Program-made: the position numbers and the translations under genes | Assembly: GCA_965652365.1 (NCBI GenBank) | Contig: CBFGUD010000005.1 | Coordinates: 22,136 to 86,135 of the forward strand | Direction of reading: 5' to 3' | Length of the DNA: 64,000 nucleotides | From: an uncultured Phycisphaerales bacterium | GTDB taxonomy: Bacteria > Planctomycetota > Phycisphaerae > Phycisphaerales > UBA1924 | Part shown: positions 1 through 7,894 of the stretch, piece by piece | Numbering within the stretch: the stretch's first letter is position 1 | Layout of the letters: every line of letters starts with the position of its first letter | Notes under the pieces: model-generated | Seen by the model: only the letters and a program-made list of their open reading frames with translations | What the model was told of the DNA's origin: nothing | Database searches by the model: none

Positions 1-1
1 C

Positions 2-757
2 CCGGACGGGTCGTCGATCGCGTTCGCGTCGGATCGGGCGGGGTCGTGGGACATCTACATGATGCCCAGCGAAGGGGGCAAGACGGTCCAGCTGACACGC
101 GATACGTCGCACGATCTGCACCCGACGTTCTCGCCGGACGGGACGAAGGTCGCGTTCTGCCGACTGGGTCAGCAGTCCGGGCGCTGGGAGCTGTGGGTCC
201 AGGACGTCGCGAGCGATCACGGGGCGCAGTTCATCGGGTTCGGGCTCTTCCCCGAGTGGTGCCCGACACCGGGCACGGGGACGGACGGGTCGGACCTGAT
301 CCTGTTCCAGCGTTCGCGTGAGCGCGGGGACCGGGCGTTCAGTGTCTGGACGGTCGAGTTCAACCCGGGCCAGGGGTCCGCGGGGCGCGAGACGGAGATC
401 GCAGCGGGCGCGGGTCAGGCGCTGATCAACCCGACGTGGTCGCCCGACGGGCGTTTCGTGTGCTTCGCGGCGGTGCCGTATTCGCAGTCGTGGTCGAGCG
501 CCCAGTCGGATCGCCCGGATTCCTCGACGATCTGGATGGTGAGCGTGGACGGGACGAACAAGGTGAAGCTCACGGACGGGTCGTCGGTGGACCTGATGCC
601 GGCGTGGGGTCGGAACAACGACATCTTCTTCGTGTCGAATATGGATGGTCAGGACCATCTCTGGTCGATGGAGTTGTCGCAGGCGGTGCGTGCCGCGTCG
701 CTGCGGAACCCGGAGTTCGAGTCGTCCTTCGCGACGGCGCCGACGGACCAGGAATAA
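2..757 (+). CDS. TolB-like beta-propeller protein with PD40 repeats (5' end outside window)
   Basis: Frame is open from the window edge (PDGSSIAFASDRAGSWDIYMM precedes the listed Met at 59). Recurring PD40-type motifs HPTFSPDGTKVAF and INPTWSPDGRFVCF. Confidence 0.75.
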   Translation, partial: PDGSSIAFASDRAGSWDIYMMPSEGGKTVQLTRDTSHDLHPTFSPDGTKVAFCRLGQQSGRWELWVQDVASDHGAQFIGFGLFPEWCPTPGTGTDGSDLILFQRSRERGDRAFSVWTVEFNPGQGSAGRETEIAAGAGQALINPTWSPDGRFVCFAAVPYSQSWSSAQSDRPDSSTIWMVSVDGTNKVKLTDGSSVDLMPAWGRNNDIFFVSNMDGQDHLWSMELSQAVRAASLRNPEFESSFATAPTDQE

Positions 758-767
758 GCGATAATTC

Positions 768-798
768 CAGCGATCGGGGTGAGCACCCCGGATCGCTG
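768..798 (+). terminator. GC-rich hairpin after the TolB-like gene (possible terminator, no U-tract)
   Basis: cagcgatcgggg-tgagca-ccccggatcgctg forms a 12-bp stem with one bulge, 11 nt after the stop. The tail is not T-rich. Confidence 0.3.
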
Positions 799-886
799 AT
801 TCAACGCTCCGGGTGGATGATCCGCTCGGGGCGCACGGATGTTGGGACCGGGCACGGAGGCCCGTCCGTCACGCGGCAGGGACGCC

Positions 887-1642
887 ATGACACGTGAACA
901 GACCATGCTCGCGGCCGTGATGCTCGCCCTGCTCGGGGTGGTGATGTGCGGCTGCAATGGGAACCGGCGTGATCGGCTCGATACGCCGCGGGTGATCGTG
1001 TCGCCTTATGACACGTCCGGCGGGGACGTGCTGTGGGCGGTGGTTCCCCCGGCGAACGAATCGGGCGTGTCGCTGGTCCGGGAGGACCAGATCGGGGACG
1101 CGCTGGTGGCGGCGGTCCAGGGGGTGCGGGGGGTGCGGTGTCTCCCGATCAACCGGACGCTGGCCGCGATGGAATCGACGGGGATCCGTCAGGTGATGAC
1201 GGAAGCGGACGCGATCTCGCTCGCGACGGCGCTGGGGGTCGATGCGATCGTCGTCGGATCGGTGACGGCGTACGACCCCTACGACCCCCCCACGCTCGGG
1301 CTCGCGCTGGCGCTGTACGCGCGGTCGGGGGCGTTGACGCGCGGGGCGCAGGCGGATCTGGATCCGCACGCGCTGTCGATGGCGTTCACGGATTTCGGGC
1401 GTTTCGACGGGGCTCGTTTCAGCGGGACCCCGTTCAGCGTCGTGTCCGAGCATCTGGACGCGCGGGACCACGCGGTGCTGCTGGAACTCAAGCGGTACGC
1501 GGAGGGGAGGGCGGATCCGACGACGGCGCTGGGGTGGCGGGTGTATACCGCGAGCATGGAGCTGTACACGAAGTTTGTCGCCCATCACACGGTCGGCAGA
1601 CTCATCGACGAGGAATGGCTCCGCTCCGCGCGGGAGCGATGA
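887..1642 (+). CDS. putative lipoprotein, function unknown
   Basis: ATG at 887 gives MTREQTMLAAVMLALLGVVMCGCNG (signal peptide plus lipobox Cys). The listed start at 839 is a longer alternative. Confidence 0.6.
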   Translation: MTREQTMLAAVMLALLGVVMCGCNGNRRDRLDTPRVIVSPYDTSGGDVLWAVVPPANESGVSLVREDQIGDALVAAVQGVRGVRCLPINRTLAAMESTGIRQVMTEADAISLATALGVDAIVVGSVTAYDPYDPPTLGLALALYARSGALTRGAQADLDPHALSMAFTDFGRFDGARFSGTPFSVVSEHLDARDHAVLLELKRYAEGRADPTTALGWRVYTASMELYTKFVAHHTVGRLIDEEWLRSARER

Positions 1643-1668
1643 CTCGGGTGTGAGTCTCCGGACGGGTC

Positions 1669-1962
1669 GTGGGCGGAGCGATACGGATCGCTCGGTCCAC
1701 GAAGGGCTCGCTCGTGCATACAGATCCGAAGGTTGTTTCCGATCCGAACGAGCTCGTGAGCGTGTCGCTCGAGCGTCCCCCCCACTTCTGGCGTTTCACG
1801 TGCGGGAGGGGGGATCTGCGGATGATGCTCGAGACGCTCGCGGATTATGCGGACCTCGAGGAGCGTCCCCTGACGTGGGAGGACGCGGAGCTCGTCGCGA
1901 CACAGATTGTTCTTCATCTCGGGGGTGATCGGACTCAAGCGGGTCCGGATCACGCCCGATAG
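1669..1962 (+). CDS. possible small hypothetical protein
   Basis: The only protein-like frame in the 390-nt gap (..LETLADYADLEERPLTWEDAELVATQIVLHLGG..). GC3 is lower than in neighbouring genes and I recognise no family. The start is uncertain. Confidence 0.25.
   Translation: MGGAIRIARSTKGSLVHTDPKVVSDPNELVSVSLERPPHFWRFTCGRGDLRMMLETLADYADLEERPLTWEDAELVATQIVLHLGGDRTQAGPDHAR
1935..1962 (+). promoter_or_regulatory. sigma-28 (FliA)-type promoter candidate upstream of the recombinase gene
   Basis: TCAA(1935-1938)-N16-CCCGATAG(1955-1962). Same architecture as four other intergenic sites in this window. Oriented toward the gene starting at 2035. Confidence 0.4.
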
Positions 1963-2034
1963 CGTCAGTGCATTGATACGTTCTGCCCGATGGATTGGGC
2001 GTCACCCCTTGAGATTGATTCTGGAGACGTGCGC

Positions 2035-3051
2035 ATGACCACGCTGCCGATCACCGAGAGCTTCGGGCTCTACCTGACCGACGAACGCCACTTCTCGCCG
2101 TACACGGCGCGGTGCTACGGCGCGGATCTGCGTCAGTTCATCGAGTACCTCGTGGACGAGTCGGGGAGCCCGATCGACACGAACAACGAGCAGCTCGCGC
2201 TCAAGGCGCGGTCGGGCACGTCGAGCCACCCCATGGTCAAGGGGACGACGCTCACGGACACCATCTGCGACGCGGACGCGGACCTGATCCGCGCGTATCT
2301 CGGGTTCCTGGGCGAGCAGAACTATTCCCCGGCGACGATGGCGCGGAAGATCGCGACCCTGCGATCGTTTTACAAGTGGGCGCACCGCAACGGGTACGCG
2401 TCGTCGAACCCGATGACGCTGATCCGGACGCCGCGTCAGTCCAAGCGCCTCCCCAAGGCGATCACGGTCGACCAGGTCGAGCGGCTGCTGTCGGCGCCGA
2501 GCGAGAACGACGTGCTGGGGCGGCGCGACCGCGCGATGCTCGAGACGCTGTATTCCACGGGGATCCGCGTGTCGGAGCTCGTTGGGCTCAACCACGACGA
2601 TCTGGAGATGGAGCACGAGGCGATGCACGTGCGGGGCAAGGGGCGCAAGGAGCGCATCGTCCCGCTCGGGTCGCACGCGCTGGGCGCGATCCGTCGGTAC
2701 ATCGAGATGATGGCGAACGATCCCAAGTTCGCGCCGATCTGGGCGCAGCGCAAGGAGGGGGTCTCGATCCCGCTGTTCCTCAACAAGCACGGCAAGCGCC
2801 TCTCGTCGCGCTCGGTGCGCCGGAAGCTCGACAAGTATCTGCGCGGGGTCGGGCTGGATCCGAGCATCTCGCCCCACACCCTGCGCCACTCGTTCGCGAC
2901 GCACCTGCTCGAGAACGGCGCGGACCTGCGGAGCGTGCAGGAGCTGCTGGGCCACCAGTCGCTCTCGACGACGCAGGTGTACACGCACCTGTCGACGGCT
3001 CGGGTCGAGGAAGCGTACAAGGACGCGCATCCCCGCGCCGAAGCGGGCTGA
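2035..3051 (+). CDS. tyrosine recombinase, XerC/XerD family
   Basis: C-terminal catalytic region HTLRHSFATHLLENGADLRSVQELLGHQSLSTTQVYTH (R..HxxR..Y). N-terminal SAM-like core-binding domain. ATG at 2035 is preceded by GGAGA; the listed start at 1990 is a longer alternative. Confidence 0.85.
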   Translation: MTTLPITESFGLYLTDERHFSPYTARCYGADLRQFIEYLVDESGSPIDTNNEQLALKARSGTSSHPMVKGTTLTDTICDADADLIRAYLGFLGEQNYSPATMARKIATLRSFYKWAHRNGYASSNPMTLIRTPRQSKRLPKAITVDQVERLLSAPSENDVLGRRDRAMLETLYSTGIRVSELVGLNHDDLEMEHEAMHVRGKGRKERIVPLGSHALGAIRRYIEMMANDPKFAPIWAQRKEGVSIPLFLNKHGKRLSSRSVRRKLDKYLRGVGLDPSISPHTLRHSFATHLLENGADLRSVQELLGHQSLSTTQVYTHLSTARVEEAYKDAHPRAEAG

Positions 3052-3072
3052 ATAGACGATTGAATCCGGAAC

Positions 3073-3549
3073 TCACCTCGCCGGCGTCAGCTTCATCAGG
3101 AGCTGGGCCGGCGTTTCGTTGCGCCCGGGGATGGTCAGGTCGGGCGCGATCTCGACGAGGGGGACGAGGACGAAGGCGCGCTCGTGGAGGCGCGGGTGGG
3201 GGATCGTGAGCCCGTCCTCGTCGATGGATCGGTCCGCGTAGACGAGGATGTCGAGGTCGAGGGTCCGGGGCCCCCATCGGGCTTCGGCGGCGCGGTCGCG
3301 CCCGTGGGCGGACTCGATCGCGAGGAGCGCGTCGAGGAGATCGCGGGCGGAGAGGGCCGTGCGGAGGTGGGCGGCGGCGTTGAGGTAGGTGTCCTGCTCG
3401 CCCGGGCCGACGGGGTCGGTCTCGAGGAGGGTGGAGAGTCGGACGACGCCCGTGGATTCGAGCTCGTCGATCGCGCCGACGGCGCTGAAGATGGTCGAGG
3501 CCTTGTCGCCGAGGTTGGACCCGATCGCGATGTAGACGTCGTGCTCCAC
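3073..3549 (-). CDS. folK: 2-amino-4-hydroxy-6-hydroxymethyldihydropteridine pyrophosphokinase
   Basis: 158 aa. N-terminus VYIAIGSNLGDK and ..LDLDILVY..IPHPRLHERAFVLVPL are typical HPPK signatures. Confidence 0.85.
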   Translation of the reverse strand: MEHDVYIAIGSNLGDKASTIFSAVGAIDELESTGVVRLSTLLETDPVGPGEQDTYLNAAAHLRTALSARDLLDALLAIESAHGRDRAAEARWGPRTLDLDILVYADRSIDEDGLTIPHPRLHERAFVLVPLVEIAPDLTIPGRNETPAQLLMKLTPAR

Positions 3550-3575
3550 GGGGACAGTGAAGGCGCGGTGCGCGG

Positions 3576-3602
3576 AAAAAACCCGCGCCGAACGGACGCG
3601 GG
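3576..3602 (-). terminator. intrinsic terminator after fliA
   Basis: Minus strand reads CCCGCG-UCCGUUCGG-CGCGGG followed by UUUUUU, 26 nt downstream of the fliA stop. Confidence 0.55.
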
Positions 3603-3628
3603 CCAGAGAGAGATCGTGGTTCCGTGGC

Positions 3629-4483
3629 TCAGCGCATGGGTTCGAGCTCGCGCATCCGGTGCTGCATCTGGGCTTTGAGGCGCGCGAGGATGGACGAGTG
3701 CATCTGGGAGACGCGTGATTCGGAGAGGTCGAGGGTGGTCCCGATCTCCTTCATGGTCATGCCCTCGTAGTAGTAGAGGATGACGATGAGTCGCTCGGCG
3801 CGGGTGAGCCCCTTGGTCATGAGCTCCTTGAGGTCCTGGCGCTGGATGACCTTGACGGGCGTGACCTGGGTCTCGTCCTTGATGACGTCGATCTCGCGGA
3901 GCTCGCGGGACCCGTCGGACTGGAAGCACTTGCGGGTGATGGAGGTGACGGCGACGGCCGACGAATCGCGTTTGTACTTGGTGAACTCCTCGTCGTCGAT
4001 CTCGAGGGAGGCGGCGATCTCGTCGTCGGTGGCTTTGCGTCCGAGCTCCATCTCGATGCGCTGGCGGGCCTGCTCGACCTTGGCGGTGCGGTGTCGGACG
4101 AGGCGGGGGACCCAGTCCATGGAGCGGAGCTCGTCGAGGATGGCGCCGCGGATTCGGGGGGCGCAGTAGGTCTCGAACTTGACCCCGCGCCCGAGGTCGT
4201 AGGCGTCGATGGCGTCCATGAGCCCGAAGAGCCCGGCGGACATGAGGTCCTCGAGGTCGACCTCGTCGGGGAGGCGTTGGTAGATGCGTTCCGCGTTGTA
4301 GCGGACGAGGTGGAGGAACTTCTCCACGATGTAGTTGCGGAGCTCCTCGGTGTAGTTGTTCTTGTACTCGGTCCAGAGCGCCTCGTGCTCGAGCTCGTCG
4401 AAGCGGGAGGGGAGCCCGGACGCTTCCGCGTGCTTGGCGTTGGCACGCGATGAGAGGCGCGAACGTGATCGCAGGGCAGTCAT
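3629..4483 (-). CDS. fliA: flagellar RNA polymerase sigma factor (sigma-28)
   Basis: 284 aa with sigma-70 regions 2-4 (..YNAERIYQRLPDEVDLEDLMSAGLFGLMDAIDAYD.., ..LIVILYYYEGMTMKEIGTTLDLSESRVSQMH..). Last gene of the flagellar cluster. ATG preceded by GGAGA. Confidence 0.9.
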   Translation of the reverse strand: MTALRSRSRLSSRANAKHAEASGLPSRFDELEHEALWTEYKNNYTEELRNYIVEKFLHLVRYNAERIYQRLPDEVDLEDLMSAGLFGLMDAIDAYDLGRGVKFETYCAPRIRGAILDELRSMDWVPRLVRHRTAKVEQARQRIEMELGRKATDDEIAASLEIDDEEFTKYKRDSSAVAVTSITRKCFQSDGSRELREIDVIKDETQVTPVKVIQRQDLKELMTKGLTRAERLIVILYYYEGMTMKEIGTTLDLSESRVSQMHSSILARLKAQMQHRMRELEPMR

Positions 4484-4647
4484 GGTCGTCTCCTTGACCC
4501 TTGACGACGCGCTTCCGGGGGGTGGTGGAACCCGGTGATCGGGTGCCCGTCGGCGCGGTTATTCGTGCTGTTGCGGGCGAATCCGTGCCCGCGTACCGAG
4601 TATATCAATTCGCGCGCGCGCTCGCTCAACGGGGTTGCGAGAATTTT

Positions 4648-5025
4648 TCAAGTTGTGGACGAGAACCGTCCTTTGAGCGCTTCGTTGTCGGCGCGTTTTT
4701 TATACAGACGTTTGAGCGCCTCGGGCATCTCCGGGATGGGGCGTTCGGCGCGGTATCGGTCGAGGAACTCGTGCACGCAGACCTCGCCGACGCGCCCGAG
4801 GACGCGCCCGATGACGGCGCAGACGATGAGCGCGACGATGGCGCGGGTGATGATGGTGGTCCCCGGATTGGACGAGAGGAGCCCCACGAGGAGCGCGGTG
4901 ACGAATCCCATGAGCCCGAGAACGCCGCCGATGATGCGCGAGGGGCTCTCGCCCGCGAACGGGTCGGGTGTCCGGGGCGCGTCCTCGACGAGCTCGACGT
5001 CGCTGTTGGTGAACTCGTCGGACAC
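4648..5025 (-). CDS. small membrane protein (two predicted TM helices), function unknown
   Basis: GTG start preceded by GAAGGAG. Hydrophobic segments IIGGVLGLMGFVTALLVGLL and IVALIVCAVIGRVLG. Sits between flhG and fliA. Confidence 0.5.
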   Translation of the reverse strand: MSDEFTNSDVELVEDAPRTPDPFAGESPSRIIGGVLGLMGFVTALLVGLLSSNPGTTIITRAIVALIVCAVIGRVLGRVGEVCVHEFLDRYRAERPIPEMPEALKRLYKKRADNEALKGRFSSTT

Positions 5026-5118
5026 GCCGGGGCTCCTTCACGGGTGCGCAGGATTTGCGCGGGTACACCGTCGGAAACAGGCACGCAATCGGCGCACCGA
5101 TCCGGGAAAGTTTTTTTG

Positions 5119-5146
5119 ATATCGGTCGATCGGGGGCGTGTGTTGA
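5119..5146 (-). promoter_or_regulatory. sigma-28-type promoter candidate upstream of the small orf and fliA
   Basis: Minus strand reads TCAA(5146-5143)-N16-ACCGATAT(5126-5119), in the 142-nt gap after flhG. Confidence 0.5.
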
Positions 5147-5167
5147 ACCCTGTGGATGACCTGTGGG

Positions 5168-6106
5168 TCAGGGTTCGCGGCGCGTGATGAAGCTCATCCG
5201 GGGCTCGATGTGCGCCCATTCCACGAGCGACTGCGCCAGGGTCATCATGTCCCGCGCGACGGGGGCGCGGGGTGATCGGAGCATGTACGGGGTTCGGGCC
5301 TTGACGGCCTTGGGGACGCGTTTGTCGGCGCGGAGGTACCCGAGCATGGGGATGTCGATGTCGAGGAAGCGCTCGCAGACGCCGCGCATGCGCTCGTAGA
5401 CCTTGATGGCTTCGCGTTCGTTGGCGACCTGGTTGAGGACGAGCGCGAGGTCGAGCGTGTCGATGCGGTCCTGGTCGTAGGCGCGGGTCACGAGGACCTT
5501 GATGAGCGCGTACGCGTCGGCGACGCTCGTGGGTTCGGGGGTGAGGACGACGAGCCCCTTGTCGGCGTGCTCGACGAAGCTGGTGACCGAGGCGCCGAGC
5601 CCGGCGCTGGTGTCGATCATGACGGCGTCGCACGCGTCGTGGAGGTCGTCGATCCGGCGCATCAGTGCGCGCCGGTCGTGGTCGCTGAGCTCGCCGGCGT
5701 GCCCGATCCCCACGGATCCGGGGATGAGCCCGAACCCGCCGGGCGCTTCGACGATGAGATCGCGGAGCGAGGCGGGGGCGTCGGAGGCGTTGTCGAGGCG
5801 CGAGGTGGGCATGAGCCCGCACAGGACGTCGGCGTTGGCGCACCCGAGGTCGGCGTCGAGGAGGCAGACGCGCCGGTTGCGTCGCGCCAGCGCGATCGCG
5901 AGGTTGACGCAGGTGGAGGTTTTCCCCACCCCGCCTTTGCCCGACGCGACGGCGATGACGGGCGCGCGGCGTTTGGGGGGCGTGTGATCGGTGTGCGGCG
6001 TCTCGCGCGCCTCGGGGGCGGTGCGGGACACGAGCTCGCGCAGACGCTGCGCCTGGTCACGCACGCCGGATTGAGACTGTTCTGGATCCGTCAACGTCTG
6101 GGTCAC
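5168..6106 (-). CDS. flhG: MinD/ParA-type ATPase regulating flagellar number and placement
   Basis: Deviant Walker A VASGKGGVGKTS. N-terminal DQAQRLRELV matches the FlhF-activating DQAxxLR helix. GTG at 6106 overlaps the flhF stop (GTGA) and follows GGAGGA; the listed ORF start at 6172 is upstream. Confidence 0.9.
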   Translation of the reverse strand: MTQTLTDPEQSQSGVRDQAQRLRELVSRTAPEARETPHTDHTPPKRRAPVIAVASGKGGVGKTSTCVNLAIALARRNRRVCLLDADLGCANADVLCGLMPTSRLDNASDAPASLRDLIVEAPGGFGLIPGSVGIGHAGELSDHDRRALMRRIDDLHDACDAVMIDTSAGLGASVTSFVEHADKGLVVLTPEPTSVADAYALIKVLVTRAYDQDRIDTLDLALVLNQVANEREAIKVYERMRGVCERFLDIDIPMLGYLRADKRVPKAVKARTPYMLRSPRAPVARDMMTLAQSLVEWAHIEPRMSFITRREP

Positions 6107-7776
6107 GACTCCTCCCCGGGACCCTGTGGGTCGGGTGGATCGTATGTCGCGCGCGGGTCGGAGTTCGAGCACAGCGCGCCCGGGCCGTCGAGAACGGCGC
6201 GCGCGAGGCGGGGGGCCCGCGCGGCGCGGAGATCATCGGGGACCTCCTGACCCGTGGTGACGAAGCTGATGGGGAGCCCGACGAGCTCGTCGACGCGCGC
6301 GAGGATCCCCGTGGAGACGCACTCGTCGAGTTTGGTGAGGACGCACCGGTCCGGATCGAGCCCCAAGAACTTGTCCGCGGTGGACTTGAGGACCTTGGGA
6401 GAGACGGTCGAAGAGAGGACGAGGTGGATCTCGTCGGGGCGTGCGGCGGCGAGCAAGTCCTTGAGCTCGGAGAGCTTATCGCTGTTGTGCTGGGAACGCC
6501 CGGCGGTGTCGACGACGATGAGGTCGCAGTTCGCCAGCGCGCGGATGCAGGCCGACATCTCCTCGGGGTTGTTCGCGACGCGGAGCTCGAGGTCGATGAT
6601 GTCGGCGTAGGTCTTGAGCTGCTCGACGGCGCCGATGCGGTAGGTGTCGGAGGTGACCAGACCCACGCGTTTCCCGGCGCGGAGCTTGGCGCCCGCGGCG
6701 ATCTTGGCGACGGAGGTGGTCTTCCCGACCCCCGTCGGGCCGATGAGCGCCACGACGCGCGCGGTCCCGGGCTCGGGGGTGGGTTCGTCGTCCTGGGCGG
6801 CAAGCGATCCGATCGTGGGGATGGCGCGCTCGATCGCGCCCAGGAGCGCGTGTCGCACGGCGCGCTCGTCGCGGAGCTCGTCGTGGTCGAGGGTGGCGCG
6901 GACCTCGCCCGCGAAGGTGTCGGCGAGGTCGATGGGGACCTCGTTCTCGACGAGGAGCGCGTGGAACGCGCCGAGCGGTCCGGCGAGGGTGGCGCTGGAG
7001 CTCGGGTCGCGCCCGGCGGCGCGCGCGAGGGTGAAGTCCGTGCGCCGGGTGGATTCGAGCACGCTCGACATCATGCGCTCGAGGGATTCGAGCTTGTCGC
7101 GGAGCTCGTGGGTCGCGTGCTCGTTGTCGGCGCCGTCGTCGGATTCGGATGATTCGTCGTCGTCCGTGTCGACGAACACGAACTCGGGCTTGGGTTCGGA
7201 CGCTTCGATTCTGCTGTCGTCGGTCTCGTCGGGTTCCATTGAGACGGGCTCGGGTTCGTCGAACGCGGGCTCGTTGTTCGAGGGCGCATCGGGTTGGGAG
7301 TCGTCCGTGGTCGTGAGCCACGACGCGGCGAACGCGGTGCGTTCGATGGGGTCTCGCGCGGGCTCGGGCGCGTCGTCGATCGTCGTGGGCGCTGGATCGG
7401 GTGCCGGGGTGCGCGGGGTGAGGCGGGTGTCGCGGGGCTGGTCGTCGAGGAGGGCGGCTCGGTCATCGGCGGGGCGCGTCGAGGCGCTGACGCGGGCGCG
7501 CCGTGGGATGGTGATCTGGGCGGGCTCGGGTTCGCGCGCGGGATGGGCGATGGGCTCGGGCGCGGGTTCGCGGCGTGGGGTGGCGCGGGGGCGCTGACGG
7601 GGCGCGGGGGCTGGGGAGGACGCGGTGATCTCGACGACGGCGCGGCCGCCGATCCCGAACCAGGAGCCGGCTTTGTAGGTGCGGGTGTGGACGATCTGCG
7701 CCTTGGGTCCGAGGTCCTTGCGGACCTGGGCGAGTGCTTGCGCCATGGTCGCGGCGGTGTAGGTTTTGAGCTTCAT
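6103..7776 (-). CDS. flhF: flagellar biosynthesis SRP-type GTPase
   Basis: NG domain motifs GPTGVGKTT, DTAGRS, TKLDE. Family-typical N-terminus MKLKTYTAATMAQALAQVRKDLG from the ATG at 7776. Long acidic/Pro-rich linker. Confidence 0.9.
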   Translation of the reverse strand: MKLKTYTAATMAQALAQVRKDLGPKAQIVHTRTYKAGSWFGIGGRAVVEITASSPAPAPRQRPRATPRREPAPEPIAHPAREPEPAQITIPRRARVSASTRPADDRAALLDDQPRDTRLTPRTPAPDPAPTTIDDAPEPARDPIERTAFAASWLTTTDDSQPDAPSNNEPAFDEPEPVSMEPDETDDSRIEASEPKPEFVFVDTDDDESSESDDGADNEHATHELRDKLESLERMMSSVLESTRRTDFTLARAAGRDPSSSATLAGPLGAFHALLVENEVPIDLADTFAGEVRATLDHDELRDERAVRHALLGAIERAIPTIGSLAAQDDEPTPEPGTARVVALIGPTGVGKTTSVAKIAAGAKLRAGKRVGLVTSDTYRIGAVEQLKTYADIIDLELRVANNPEEMSACIRALANCDLIVVDTAGRSQHNSDKLSELKDLLAAARPDEIHLVLSSTVSPKVLKSTADKFLGLDPDRCVLTKLDECVSTGILARVDELVGLPISFVTTGQEVPDDLRAARAPRLARAVLDGPGALCSNSDPRATYDPPDPQGPGEES

Positions 7777-7894
7777 CGCTGGCCGTCCTGGCTCGTCGGA
7801 GCGTGGTGAGGAGTGTTCTCCCCAAGATATCCACGATATGGTCGGGTCGCCAGCATGTGACAGGTTGTCCACAATCGGCGCGGGTGGGAAGGGA

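Noticed and set aside
1643-2034. Invertible promoter (phase-variation switch) next to the recombinase
   Set aside because: I looked for inverted repeats bracketing the sigma-28-like box. I found only short local hairpins (gagcgat-acgg-atcgctc at 1676-1693; gactc-gggtgt-gagtc), with nothing flanking the promoter.
7868-7881. 14-nt exact repeat TCCACAATCGGCGC, also at 34574-34587; both copies lie just upstream of minus-strand genes
   Set aside because: Several 14-mer coincidences are expected by chance in 64 kb of biased sequence. The flanks are unrelated and no -35 partner is present, so I do not treat it as a regulatory site.
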